A DNA stretch of 64,000 nt from Lama glama (Eukaryota): contig CM052851.1 in the NCBI GenBank assembly GCA_028534125.1, forward strand, positions 558,001 through 622,000. The letters run 5' to 3'. Within the stretch, counting starts at the first letter, position 1, and each line of letters starts with the position of its first letter. Under the pieces are notes generated by a model. It saw only the letters and a program-made list of their open reading frames with translations, was not told the DNA's origin and made no database searches. Shown here one piece after another: positions 44,656 to 55,520 of this stretch. Position numbers and translations under genes: made by a program.

Positions 44656-44890
44656 GTTTTTATTTTTTATGGAAGTATATTTGATTTTCCAACGTTGTGT
44701 TAATTTCTGGTGTACAGCAAGGTGATTCAGTGACACATACGTATATATATTCCTTTTCAGATTCTTTTTCATTATAGGTTATTACAAGATTCTGGATTCA
44801 ATCCCCTGCGCTGCACAGTGGGACCTTGTGTATCTGTTTTATATAGCAGTTTGTATTTGCTAATCCTAAACTCCCAATTTATCCCTCCCC
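44656..44890 (-). mobile_element. Younger L1 extreme 3' end
   Basis: gaagtatatttgatttt..ttaatttctggtgtacagca..cattataggttattacaagat..ttgctaatcctaaactcc. Confidence 0.8.
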
Positions 44891-46800
44891 AGAGGTTACA
44901 TGTACGACAATTATTGACACGGTCTGGTTAAAACCCACTGTCTTGCTGTTTGTTTCCATTTCTTCCATCTCCTCTGCCTTCTTTTGGGTCCACTGAGCCG
45001 TTTTTCATGCCAGTTTACCTCCTCTGCTGCCTTGTTTGCCGTGACTTGCCGTCTCATAGTCTCGTCACTTTCAGGTTTTCGGTGTTTGCATCAAGTCGCC
45101 GCAGCCCACCTCCCGAGACGCAGCGGCGGGGGGCGGCCCTCAGCGGGGGGCCTCCTTCCCCTCCCCAGGCTCCAGTGCACTTGCTTCCACACGTGACACC
45201 CGCACGAGCTCCGTTCCTGTTACCCTGGTCTAGTCGGTACCTTTCAGAGAGATGTAAACAGCAAGCAAATTCCTGTGTGCTTCCCCGTGTGCCTGCCACT
45301 GCAGATGCCTCCATCCCTCGTGTGGACCCGGGTCACCATCTGGGGCCACCCTCTTCTGCCTGCAGGACCGTCGCCAGTGTCCCCGTCACCGGCAGTGTGA
45401 TGGCGGCGCGTCTGAGAACACACTCACCTTGCCTGATCCTTTTCCAGGACGACGGTTTCCTTTTCCTGCCGCTTTGCCGGTGTCTGCCGCCATCTGTGGG
45501 CCCCTCTTGACGTGACACATTCTCCCGTCCGCCTTCTTTTAAGATTCTGTTTCTATCACTGGTTTGAGCAATTCGACGCTTCGTCTCCTGTCGTTTTCTT
45601 CATGTTTCTTGTTCTGGGGGCTGTTGCGCTTCTCACATCTGTGGGTTTCTGGTTTTCATTAAATTTGAACAAATTTTGGCCATTCTTTCTTCAGTTTCCT
45701 TTCTGTCTCTCCTTTTGGACCCAGTTACATAAACCAGACGGCGGAGCGCTGCCGCCGGCGCGCGCACGAGCTGTTTGCCCTCCAGTGGCCGGCCTCCCTG
45801 CGTCTCGCCGTGGGTGGTGTCTGCTGCCGTGTCTGCACGTGCGCCCACCTTTCTTCTGCTGGGTCTAAGCGGACGCTAACCCTCCAGGGCAGTTTGCACC
45901 TGCGTGGTGGCGGTTTTCGTCTCTGGAACTGTCATTTGGGTCTTGTCTTTCGTTTGTGTCTTCCGTGTCTCTGCTTAGCACGGTCCATCTCTCCCGTGGG
46001 TTTCTGAACACAGGGAACGCAGTTGTAGTATGGTTTTAATGTTCTTGTCTGCTAATTCTAGCATCCATGCCGGACGCAGGCTGGTTGCTAATGGCGGCCT
46101 TTCCTCCCCGCTGTGGCAGAGCTGTCCTCTTCCTCTGCCTTCCCGGCGCTCGTGATCGGGTGGCAGACACTGTGAATTTCACCTGGGGGACACTTCTGTC
46201 CCCTCCAGACCTTCTTGCCCTTTGCTCTGGGGCACAGGTAAGGTGCGCGGACGCAGTTTGGTCTTTTGGGTCTTGCTTTTGTGAACCCTCAGGTGGCGCT
46301 GGAGCAGGGCTCAGTCCAGGCAGGGCTGGTGAGCCGTCTACCGGCCACATGGTGATTGTGAGGTTTTCCAGCATCCCTTGTGGGACAGCGCTGCTCCCTC
46401 CCGTCTAGCAGGTGGGTCCTCCCCACTCAGGCCTTTCCTTCACTTGTGTGTCCTGCCTGGTGGGACCCCAGTAGCTTCTGCACACCCAGGGCTCGCTCTG
46501 TGCAGCCCTCTCCTCTCCAGCGTCCCCTGAACTCCAGCTACCTTGGTCTCCTGGGGTCTCAGCCAAGCTCCTCCTGGTCCCTGCCCTGCACCTCGTCCTG
46601 GAAACTGCCCCAGGCACTGATCTGGGAACCTGCAGGGCTGCCCAGGTGTGTTTTCTGTCTCCTCTAGGATCTCTGTTCTTCTTTGCCTGACGTCCAGCAT
46701 CTTGACAACTGTCATTTCACATATTTTGTCCCACCTTTCAGCTGTTTCAGGAAGGAGTGAATCCAATCTGGTATTCTTTTTGTTGGAAATGGAAGAACTC
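44890..46800 (-). mobile_element. Very old L1M/HAL1-type fragments
   Basis: ctatcactggtttgagcaatt..tttcattaaatttgaacaaattttggccatt; caactgtcatttcacatattttgtcc. Confidence 0.55.
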
Positions 46801-46964
46801 AATGAGATAGATCCAAAAAACACTGTAATGTCGTTCAGTCACTCATAAAATGTGGGGAAATGCAGAAAGGCAGCCAGAAGATAAACACTGCCCCTCGGGG
46901 CCCCTCTGCCCAAGCCCGCGTGCCGGCAGCCGGCAGCCCTTCGCCGCGTCTCCTCCTGGCTGTT

Positions 46965-47345
46965 CCTGTGTGTGAGACCCTGGGCAGCACGACGCTCAGC
47001 ACAGAAGGGCGGCTTCGGCACCTGGAGTTTATCATCTCCTCATCTGAGGCCCAGGTGTCGGAAGGGCTGCTTCCCTTGAGGCCCCCTCCCCTTGCTCCTG
47101 GTGCTTCTTGACCATCTCTGGGGCTCCCTGACCTGGCGACGCATCGCCCCACCTCTGCCTCCGTCTCCCCATGTGCGTCTGGTCCAGATGCTCCCTCTTT
47201 TCACAAGGACCCCAGTTGCACTGGATGAGGGCCCACCTGCCCCAGGTGACCTCACCCTCACTCATTACATCTGTGAGGACCCTGCTTCCAAGCCGGTCCC
47301 ATCCTGAGGTGCTGGGGGTCTGGATTTCCACCTGTGAATCTGTGT
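46965..47345 (-). mobile_element. MLT1B/C LTR
   Basis: cacaaggacccagttgcactggatgagggcccacc..gacctcaccctcactcattacatctgtgaggaccctgcttccaa. Confidence 0.75.
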
Positions 47346-48829
47346 GTTTCCGCGGGAGGAGGCCACATGCAGGAACGCCGCTGCCCTTTGGAGACTCTGT
47401 TTACCTTGGGGAGCAGGTGGGGCAGGCCCGTTCTGCCCAAGGCTCTGCCTACACCCTCTATCATGCAGATGTCCTGGGCTGGTGTCCCAAGACAGAAGCC
47501 CATCTCAGGGGTCCTGCCCGGGCCGGTGGCGGGGCCTCGAGCGGGGGGTACACCCTCTGCGCCGGACCTCCCGCCCTCAGGCCTGCCCACCCTCTGGGCC
47601 ACCACCTCCCTCTGACTCCTGGGCATCACTGAGACACACGTGGCCCCAAGGCCTCCGGCCACAGCCTCACTGGGCACTCGTGGCCTGTGGGACGAGGCAG
47701 GCTTGTCAGCAACAAGAAGAAGAGACAAGCCAACGACCGCCGGCAGCCCCCGGGCCAGGCTCTGTCCTTCGCGCAGCTGTGGCTGGTGGGGGCACCTGGA
47801 GTCTGGCCCCGCCTGCTGGGCCCGGCCTGGGGCTGCTCACCCGTGCGGTGACGCTGACCTGTGGGTGACAGGCAGGCCAGGTCCCCCCAGCTACTCCTTG
47901 AGAACTTTCTGTTGACTTTCCTGCTTGGCCAGCTCTGTAATCTGCTGGTGCAAAGGCCACATCCGCTTCCTCGTGGCCTGCGTACGAGGACCGTCCCTGC
48001 TCCCTCCGCTGTGTGACGAGGCCTGGCTCCAGGCCCAGCCCTGGGTCTGCGTGTGGGGCCCTGGCCCCTCCCGGGGGTCACCTTTGACGGCTGTGCTCCC
48101 GGCCGGGCATCGCTTCTGCAGGAAGACAGGGACACCAGACACTCCCTGCACGGTCACTGTGCCGAGGCCGGACGTGGCCATGCCTGGGGGGACAGGCCCC
48201 CTTCCTGCGGGATGAAGAAGCAGATTCCAGGTGTCCAGCCTCACTGCCGGGGAGGGAGTGGCGTCATGAGGCTGACGCCAGGCAGGGTCCCACCTCTTCC
48301 CACCCCCAGAACTGGGGTGGTTGTTCCGGCACTTCTGAACCGTCCTGTGTTCCCTGCCCCAGGGGCCCAGGCCAGTGTGGGCCCTTCTGCCCTCATCCTG
48401 GCTCCTGGCTTCCCTGAGAGGGGCTCAGGTCAGGTGGGCTCCAGGCAGCCTCGTCATGAAGGGCCTTCTGGGGTGGAAGCTGAAACCTCAGGGCTGCGAC
48501 CACTCCAGGGGGCTGTAGGCAGAGCCCCCAGGGCCTCCTGGTGGGGTGAGGTCCCTCTCTGGAGGTGGGAGGCCGCCAGAGGACCTAGCCTGGCCTTCTG
48601 CGAGGCTCATCTGGCCGAACGTCAGGAGTGTGCTCTGCAGCTGCTCTCTGCCGCCGGCTCTCCGAGCACGGGGTCAGAGGCTGGCAGCCCACCACGGGCA
48701 GGGCGGGCTGACCAGCTGGGGAGAGGCCCCACTGAGTCTGGTGGTTAGACTGGCCGATGCTTCCGGCCCCACTGTACCGAGGACCCTGCATGCAGACGAG
48801 AGAGGGCAGTGACCCGCCCAAGGTCACTG

Positions 48830-49270
48830 TGCGCCTGCCCCGCGCGCAGGGTGCAGACCTGGCAGCAGACGCGCCCACCACTCACTGGGGCCGGAAAGGC
48901 TGGGGCGTCCTCTGACCGACCAAGTCCCCACGCCGCTCCAGGGATGCTGAGGCCTGGACGCAGGCGCAGACGCAGCGGACCTCTGGGAGGGGCGTGGCCA
49001 CACAAGCCACGCCCACGCGCGCTCAGGCCCGCGCACTGGCTCAGACGCGCCCCCAGGCACACGCATGCACGCGCGCAGGCGCCCTTCCTGGAAGGCGTGC
49101 GGGCGCCAGGCGCCACCTGCTGGGGAACGTCCGCATCCCGCGGGCCACCCTCCCCGGGAAGCTTCCCTGGGCCGTCCACAGGGCCCGGGGGCGAGCACCT
49201 GCCCCAGTCGCTGAGACCCTTCCCGCACACCGGACGCGGTGGGGCCGCGTTCCCCGCTGCAGGGCCCCTG
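48830..49270. promoter_or_regulatory. Orphan CpG island with Sp/KLF and NRF1-like motifs
   Basis: GGGCGTGGC at 48990 and its inverse GCCACGCCC at 49006; GCGCAGGCGC-type motifs. Confidence 0.45.
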
Positions 49271-50529
49271 GCGCCCAGAGGAAAAGTGAGGTGGGCAGAC
49301 GTCGAGGTGGCATGGGTGGGGGGCCCGGCAGGGCCTGTGTGGGACTCCAGGGTGGGAGGTATCTCTCGGCTGGACCTGACCTGAAGGACCTGGAGGTCCC
49401 AAATTCTCCATGGCTATGAGTCCTCCTTTCCTGTGACGTGCAGGAGGGCAGCTTCTGCCGGAGACCCCAGACCCAGGAGGCCCGTTTCCTAACCCAACTG
49501 CTCACAGTCCCCGAAGGGTGATGTGCGGTTCTGGAGCTGACTCTCATCCACGCCAGGTCCTGCAGCCCCAGGTGGACAGCAGCCCCTGCCCCTGCCCCCC
49601 AGCCTAGGGCCCCCTGTTTCTGTGGGGACCCTCCCAACCCCCCAGGACCCTGTCCCCTCCCTGTGGCTGTCCCGCCCCTCCCCCAAGGCCACTGGCTGGC
49701 CAGAGGACACAGGAGGAGGCAGGAGGTGGCCACCCACACAGTGTGCAATGGACCTGCCCTCTACCATGGAAAACAGAGAGCTTTAATTGAGTGCCAACTG
49801 TATGCAGAGCACACTGAGGGTTGGAGGCCCCAGAGCAAACAGTGGGCTCTCTGAAGGGCCAGGGAGGACTTGTGGTGCCAGATCCTCCAGAAACATTCAC
49901 CCTGTGCCTGGGGGTGCCTGGGTGGAGCTCCTCCCCCCTCCCCTTCCCATCTTACCCCAGCTGTTTGGTGCCCCCCACCCCAGGGGCCTGGTTGAGCTAC
50001 TGGCAGGGGCTTGGAGGGGCACTGGGAGCAGGTGTGGACAGTGACCCCCAGCCCATACAGGGGCCTGGAGGATATGATTTCTCCACTGTTCTGATCTGTG
50101 GCTACAGAGGTGGCTTCCAGCAGAGGGAGCCTCACGAGGGCCCCCAGTCCCGGCATCTCAGGCCCCCTCCTGCCCACCTCTGCCGGGCAGGGCCAGGAGG
50201 GGCTGCTGGATACCAAGGACACGCCCAGCTGTTAAGGAGTTGCCCGGTGACCCCCACCTGGTGGCTCTGGGCCCCCACCCAGCTCTAGACCTGAGGACAA
50301 TTGGTCCCCCTGGTGGCCGCCTGGGACCTGGTGGAAGGGAGTAGTTGGCTGGGTGTGGCCAGTGCTCGCCGGCCCTTGGGAAGGTTGCAGGGACAAAGTC
50401 GGCCCTCCCAGCTGACCAGCAGAGGCCCTGCCACACGGGGTGGGCGCCTCCTGGGGCCATGTGTCCCGGCCTGTCAGTGCTGACCGGGCCCTCGAGTGAG
50501 GTCTTGGGCTCCTGACCCCCAGCCCCCAT

Positions 50530-50715
50530 GTGTAACCCCGTCCTAGCCCTGCCCTGAATTTCACCCCAAGTCCCCGCTCAGACCCCTTGGCTCTAACACC
50601 TTAGCCCTTGGACGCAGCCCTGGGCCCCACACCCTAACCCTAATCCCCACTCTAACCTCCCTCCCTGAAGCCCCCTGACCCCTCTGGGCTGACCCCCTGG
50701 TTCTGACCCTCGCCC
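50530..50715. repeat. Degenerate (CCCTAA)n-like tract
   Basis: CCCTAACCCTAA at 50632-50643 among ctctaa, ccttag and ccctga variants. Confidence 0.55.
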
Positions 50716-51524
50716 CGTCTGCTCCATCCCTCCATTCCTGCACCCGAGCTGATTTAATACACGAGAGGCTCAGGGGAGGAAGGTGGGTCCCCACTGAGGC
50801 TGCACCCAGGCATGTGACCAAGGGTACCGTATCTGGGGTGTCCACTCGGCCCACCGCCCTGGGCCAGAGGGCAGGCTGGACTGGGGGCAGGCCCACCGTC
50901 CTGTCCCCTGTGACTCTGCCCCAATTCTGTGAGCTGGTGAGGGAACAGCTGCTTATTTCCTTCCGTTCCTGTGGGGCGGGAGAAGCAGGTGCACTCCTGG
51001 CCCCCGGGATCTGGGCTGGCTCTGGGCAGATGCCCGGAGGAGGAAGGGCGGCGGTGCTGGACCCGTGCCCCAACAGGACCTGGCCATAAAGTGAGGCAGG
51101 GGCGGGGCTGCGGTGTGGACAGCTGACTTTCCTCCCCGCCTGGCCCCCAGCTGTCAGCCCTTCCCAGGAGCCGGCACCCTTGTTTGTTCCTTGAGAGAGT
51201 GAAAGAGTGGGTGGCATTGCCTGCCTGAGCCCTGGTAGGGGCCTCTGAGAGCCTGGGGAGGGGTGGGCAAGGGGCCGGGGCTCCACTGGGGACCCTAAGG
51301 CTGCAGGCACAGCGCCCACCCCTCCCGCAGTGGGCACAGGCCTGCCGAGGCTGCCGGCGTCCGGGCAGGGGGACTGCAGCCCAGAAAAGGCGGGGCCTGT
51401 GTGACCCCACGGGGCCACCAGCCAGCCCGAGCTGGGCCCTGGGGCCGGGGCTACCTCTTCCCCGGCCTAGCCTCGTCTTGGATGGAGAAATACGGTAGTC
51501 CACTGAGGCGGAAGTAGCCATTTC

Positions 51525-52024
51525 NNNNNNNNNNNNNNNNNNNNNNNNNNNNNNNNNNNNNNNNNNNNNNNNNNNNNNNNNNNNNNNNNNNNNNNNNNNN
51601 NNNNNNNNNNNNNNNNNNNNNNNNNNNNNNNNNNNNNNNNNNNNNNNNNNNNNNNNNNNNNNNNNNNNNNNNNNNNNNNNNNNNNNNNNNNNNNNNNNNN
51701 NNNNNNNNNNNNNNNNNNNNNNNNNNNNNNNNNNNNNNNNNNNNNNNNNNNNNNNNNNNNNNNNNNNNNNNNNNNNNNNNNNNNNNNNNNNNNNNNNNNN
51801 NNNNNNNNNNNNNNNNNNNNNNNNNNNNNNNNNNNNNNNNNNNNNNNNNNNNNNNNNNNNNNNNNNNNNNNNNNNNNNNNNNNNNNNNNNNNNNNNNNNN
51901 NNNNNNNNNNNNNNNNNNNNNNNNNNNNNNNNNNNNNNNNNNNNNNNNNNNNNNNNNNNNNNNNNNNNNNNNNNNNNNNNNNNNNNNNNNNNNNNNNNNN
52001 NNNNNNNNNNNNNNNNNNNNNNNN
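51525..52024. other. Assembly gap (500 N)
   Basis: Run of exactly 500 n. Confidence 0.99.
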
Positions 52025-52340
52025 GACTGACACCTGTGACTGACCCCGTGACTGACCCCTGTGACTGACACCTGTGACTGACCCCGTGACTGACACCTGT
52101 GACTGACCCCTGCAACTGACACCTGTGACTGACCCTGTGACTGACCCCGTGACTGACACCTGTGACTGACCCTGTGACTGGCACCTGTGACTGGCACCTG
52201 TGACTGACCCCGTGACTGACCCCGTGACTGACCCCGTGACTGACCCTGTGACTGACCCCGTGACTGACACCTGTGACTGACCCCTGCGACTGACACCTGT
52301 GACTGACCCCTGCGACTGACACCTGTGTCTGAACACCTGT
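52025..52340. repeat. 12/13-bp minisatellite (GTGACTGACCCC / GTGACTGACACCT), truncated by gap
   Basis: About 24 variant units visible. Confidence 0.95.
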
Positions 52341-52639
52341 CCATTCCCTGCCGACCTCCCATCAGCTGTTGAGGGGCACCTTCTTTGGCAATACCCTGCT
52401 CCAGGTGGGCTCACCTCCCCAGGATGAATGTTCCCATAGAATTACGTTCCTTTTTGGCAATTACACACTGATTAATGGGATTATATAGCCAAAAAAATTG
52501 ATGATCCCACTAAACTCTAATTTCCATGAAAGCAAGGATTTGGTCTATTTTTGTGAACCTTGGTCAGTGAAAAAGACATTCTTGAGTAGCTAAATAAATG
52601 AGCAAAACTGAAGTCTTGCTTTGACTCAGAAAGTTTTTA

Positions 52640-55520
52640 TCTTAGCACCTCCTCAATCTTGTTATGTTACTGGTGTGGTTGGGTTTAAGTCTGCCGTTTT
52701 CAATTTGCTTTATGTTTTACCCCCCTGTTCTTTGTTCCTCTTTCCTGACTTCTTTTCAGCTAATCATTTTTTTTCTTTTCCTTTAAAGTAAACTTGATTG
52801 AGATGGAATTTACATACAATAAGATTAATTCACGTCAAGTTCATAGTCAGTGAGCTTTAGCAAATGTTTACACGCAAGGAACTATCACCATGATCCAGAT
52901 ACAACACTTGCATCACCTCAAAAAAGGTGCTTCGTGCCTCTTTCTAGCTAAACCCACCCTTACTCCTGATCCGGGCGAGCGCTGGTCTGAGCTCTGCCAC
53001 TGCACCTGATTTATGTCTGTTCTGGAAAGGCATTCAAGTGGAGTCACGATGATGAACGCCTTTGTTTCCAGATGCTTGGGATTCACCTGTGCTGTGGTGT
53101 GTCTCCACGGTTTGTTTCAGTCTTGGATGGTATTCCACGGTACAGACAGGCTGCAATTTGCTTACTTCTCTCATCTCCCGGTGAATACTTTAGCCACTTC
53201 TGGTCTTCGGTGATTATCACTAAAGCTGCCATTAATGTTGTTGCACAAGCATTTTTGTAGACACACTTCTAAATTTCTTTTGAGCATTTGCCTTGTATAA
53301 TTGCTGGGTCTTATGTTCAGCACACGTTTCGTTTTTGAGAAAATGCCAGGCAGTTTCCAAGAGAGACTTTGCCACTTGGCAGCTCACCTGCGGTTGCTCC
53401 ACATTCTTGCCAACACTTAGTGTGGGTGGTTAAGCATTTTCCAATATTTAGTTTTATCACCTCTGTGGGCTTTTTACCTGTACACTTTTATAATTCTAGT
53501 GGTATCTCTAAAGATTATAGTATGCCTACTTAACCTATGAAAGTCCATCTCAAATTAACATTAAACAGCTCGGGGGAGAGTACAGCTCGGTGGTAGAGCG
53601 CGTGCTCAGCGCGTACAGGGGCCTGGTGAGTTCAATCCCCAGCACCTCCAGTAAATTAAAAAATGACAACAATAAGTAAATCTAGTTACCTCCCCTCCCA
53701 AAAAAGCATCACAGAGCTCAGTGTGGCATGTGGACACTTCACAACAGCCCAGTGTCATGTCCTCTGCAAGTGATGTTATCAGAGGTTTGTATTTTATTAC
53801 CACGTGTCACACTCTCATACCCAATTTTGTTTGCTTTAAACAGTTAATAATTCTTTCAGGAAAGTAAGGACATTAAAGCTTCTTTGATTTATAGTTACCC
53901 CCCATTCACTGCTCCTCGAACGACGCTTCATTCCCTCCCGTGAGCCGCAGGTCAGTGCTGGCCGACGGTTGCTCCCTCTTCCGCTGCTGTGACGATGACT
54001 TCCCAGCGCTTTCAACCACTGCTCTGTCTGATGGGCGTCACTGCCACTCCTACTGGGCCATCTTAGACCCGTAGGCTAGTATTATGCTGCTGAGTTTCAG
54101 GTACTTAAGGGTATTCTTGCTAACTTATAGTTACTGATTTTCAGTTAATTTTTTTTTGGTTTATTCCTATTTTAGTGAGAAGACATACTTTGATGCTTCC
54201 GATCTTCAGAAGTTTATTGAGGTTTGCTTTACGGCCGGTCCTCCCTTGGTGAACAGCCCAGGCGGACACGTGGAGGATGCACGTTCTGGAGTTACGGGGT
54301 AGCGTTTAAAACGCCCAGTAGCCCACGTCTCTTGCAGTGTTTGTCAGATCTTCTGCAACCTTACTGAGGCTTGCTTGTTTGATTTACCACTTACTGAGGA
54401 AAGGCCTTAAAATCCCCAAATCTTGTAGGTGTGTCTGCTTCTTAACTCTGCCCATTTTTACTGCGTCTGTGTTGACGTTTCGTTACTCGTTACATGCACA
54501 CTTACTTTTGTTATGCTTTCTGGTGAATGGACCTTTTTATTGTTATAAAATGTCCCTTTCCAGCTCTGCTAACACTGCTTGCCTTGAAGTTTACTTTCTC
54601 TGATGCATTTTAATATGGTCACTCTGGTTTCGTTAAGATTACTGATTGCACAGCGTGTATCTTCCCGTGCTTTCACTTCGAACCTGTCCTGGTCTTCACA
54701 TTCGTAATGTGTCTCTTGGAAGCTTGTAAGCAGCACACACTTGCTTTGGGCTTTTTCATGTTCAGTCTGAAAGTATTTGCCTTGTAAGTGGAGGGTTTAG
54801 TCCACTTATATTTAGTGTAAGTTTTATATGGATGGATTATATTTACTACCACTATTAATTTTTTCCAGTTTTATGATGTAGAATCATTACAGTCCGACTG
54901 CACGTACACATTACATTGCGTGTAAATACATGTAAACAGTTCATTGCGCATTGTTTAGTTTTCCTGTATGTTTTATTACTATTACTATTACTATTTGCCT
55001 CCTCCGTGTGCTGCACGTCCTTTTGTCCCGGCTGCTCTGCAGGTCTCCTTCCGTCTTTCCCTTTGGGCAGTTGGACGCTCCTGTGCATAGACGTGACTTT
55101 CCTGGTATTTATTCGCCCTGCGCTTTGTTTCTTGGAACACAGAGTTCATGTTTTCAGCCAAATTTAAAAACATTTGGCCATTTTTTGTGCTTCAGAATTT
55201 TTTTCTCATTCTTCTTCTTCTCAGACAACTTGGTATTTTACATAATTTCTCACAGGTCACTGAGGTTTCTTAAAGCAACTATTTATTTTCTCTTCATTCT
55301 TGGTGTAAGGTTCCCCCACCCCTTCTCCGTTACATCAGCCCCCCCCACCGTACGTTGTTCAGCATTTTTATAACAGTTACTTTAAAATGTTTCTGTGCCA
55401 ACTCCAGCACCTGGGTGTCTGTGAGGGCGCCTTTTTGACAGCCTTCTTCCTCTTGGCTGAGGTCACATCACCATTCCCAGGGGCTTTTTATTACACACGG
55501 GACCTTGTGGAAGACACACG
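52640..55520 (-). mobile_element. Cluster of old L1 (L1ME/L1M4-type) fragments forming an AT-rich block
   Basis: ttgagatggaatttacatacaataa; atcactaaagctgccattaatg; tttttattgttataaaatgtccct; tcagtctgaaagtatttgccttgtaagtggagggtttagtccac. Confidence 0.7.
53572..53705 (+). mobile_element. tRNA-derived SINE (Vic-1-like)
   Basis: gggggagagtacagctcggtggtagagc..gagttcaatccccagcacctcc, tail ataagtaaatctagttacctcccc-A6. Confidence 0.85.

Noticed and set aside
37333-50715. Head-to-head telomere fusion site
   Set aside because: The two tracts are very degenerate and about 13 kb apart, with old transposon relics between them; a fusion scar would be adjacent.
52025-52340. CRISPR-like array, or GQSQ/SVTG repeat protein from ORFs 50754-52414
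   Set aside because: No unique spacers and mammalian context; the ORFs are artefacts of a stop-poor repeat plus an N run.
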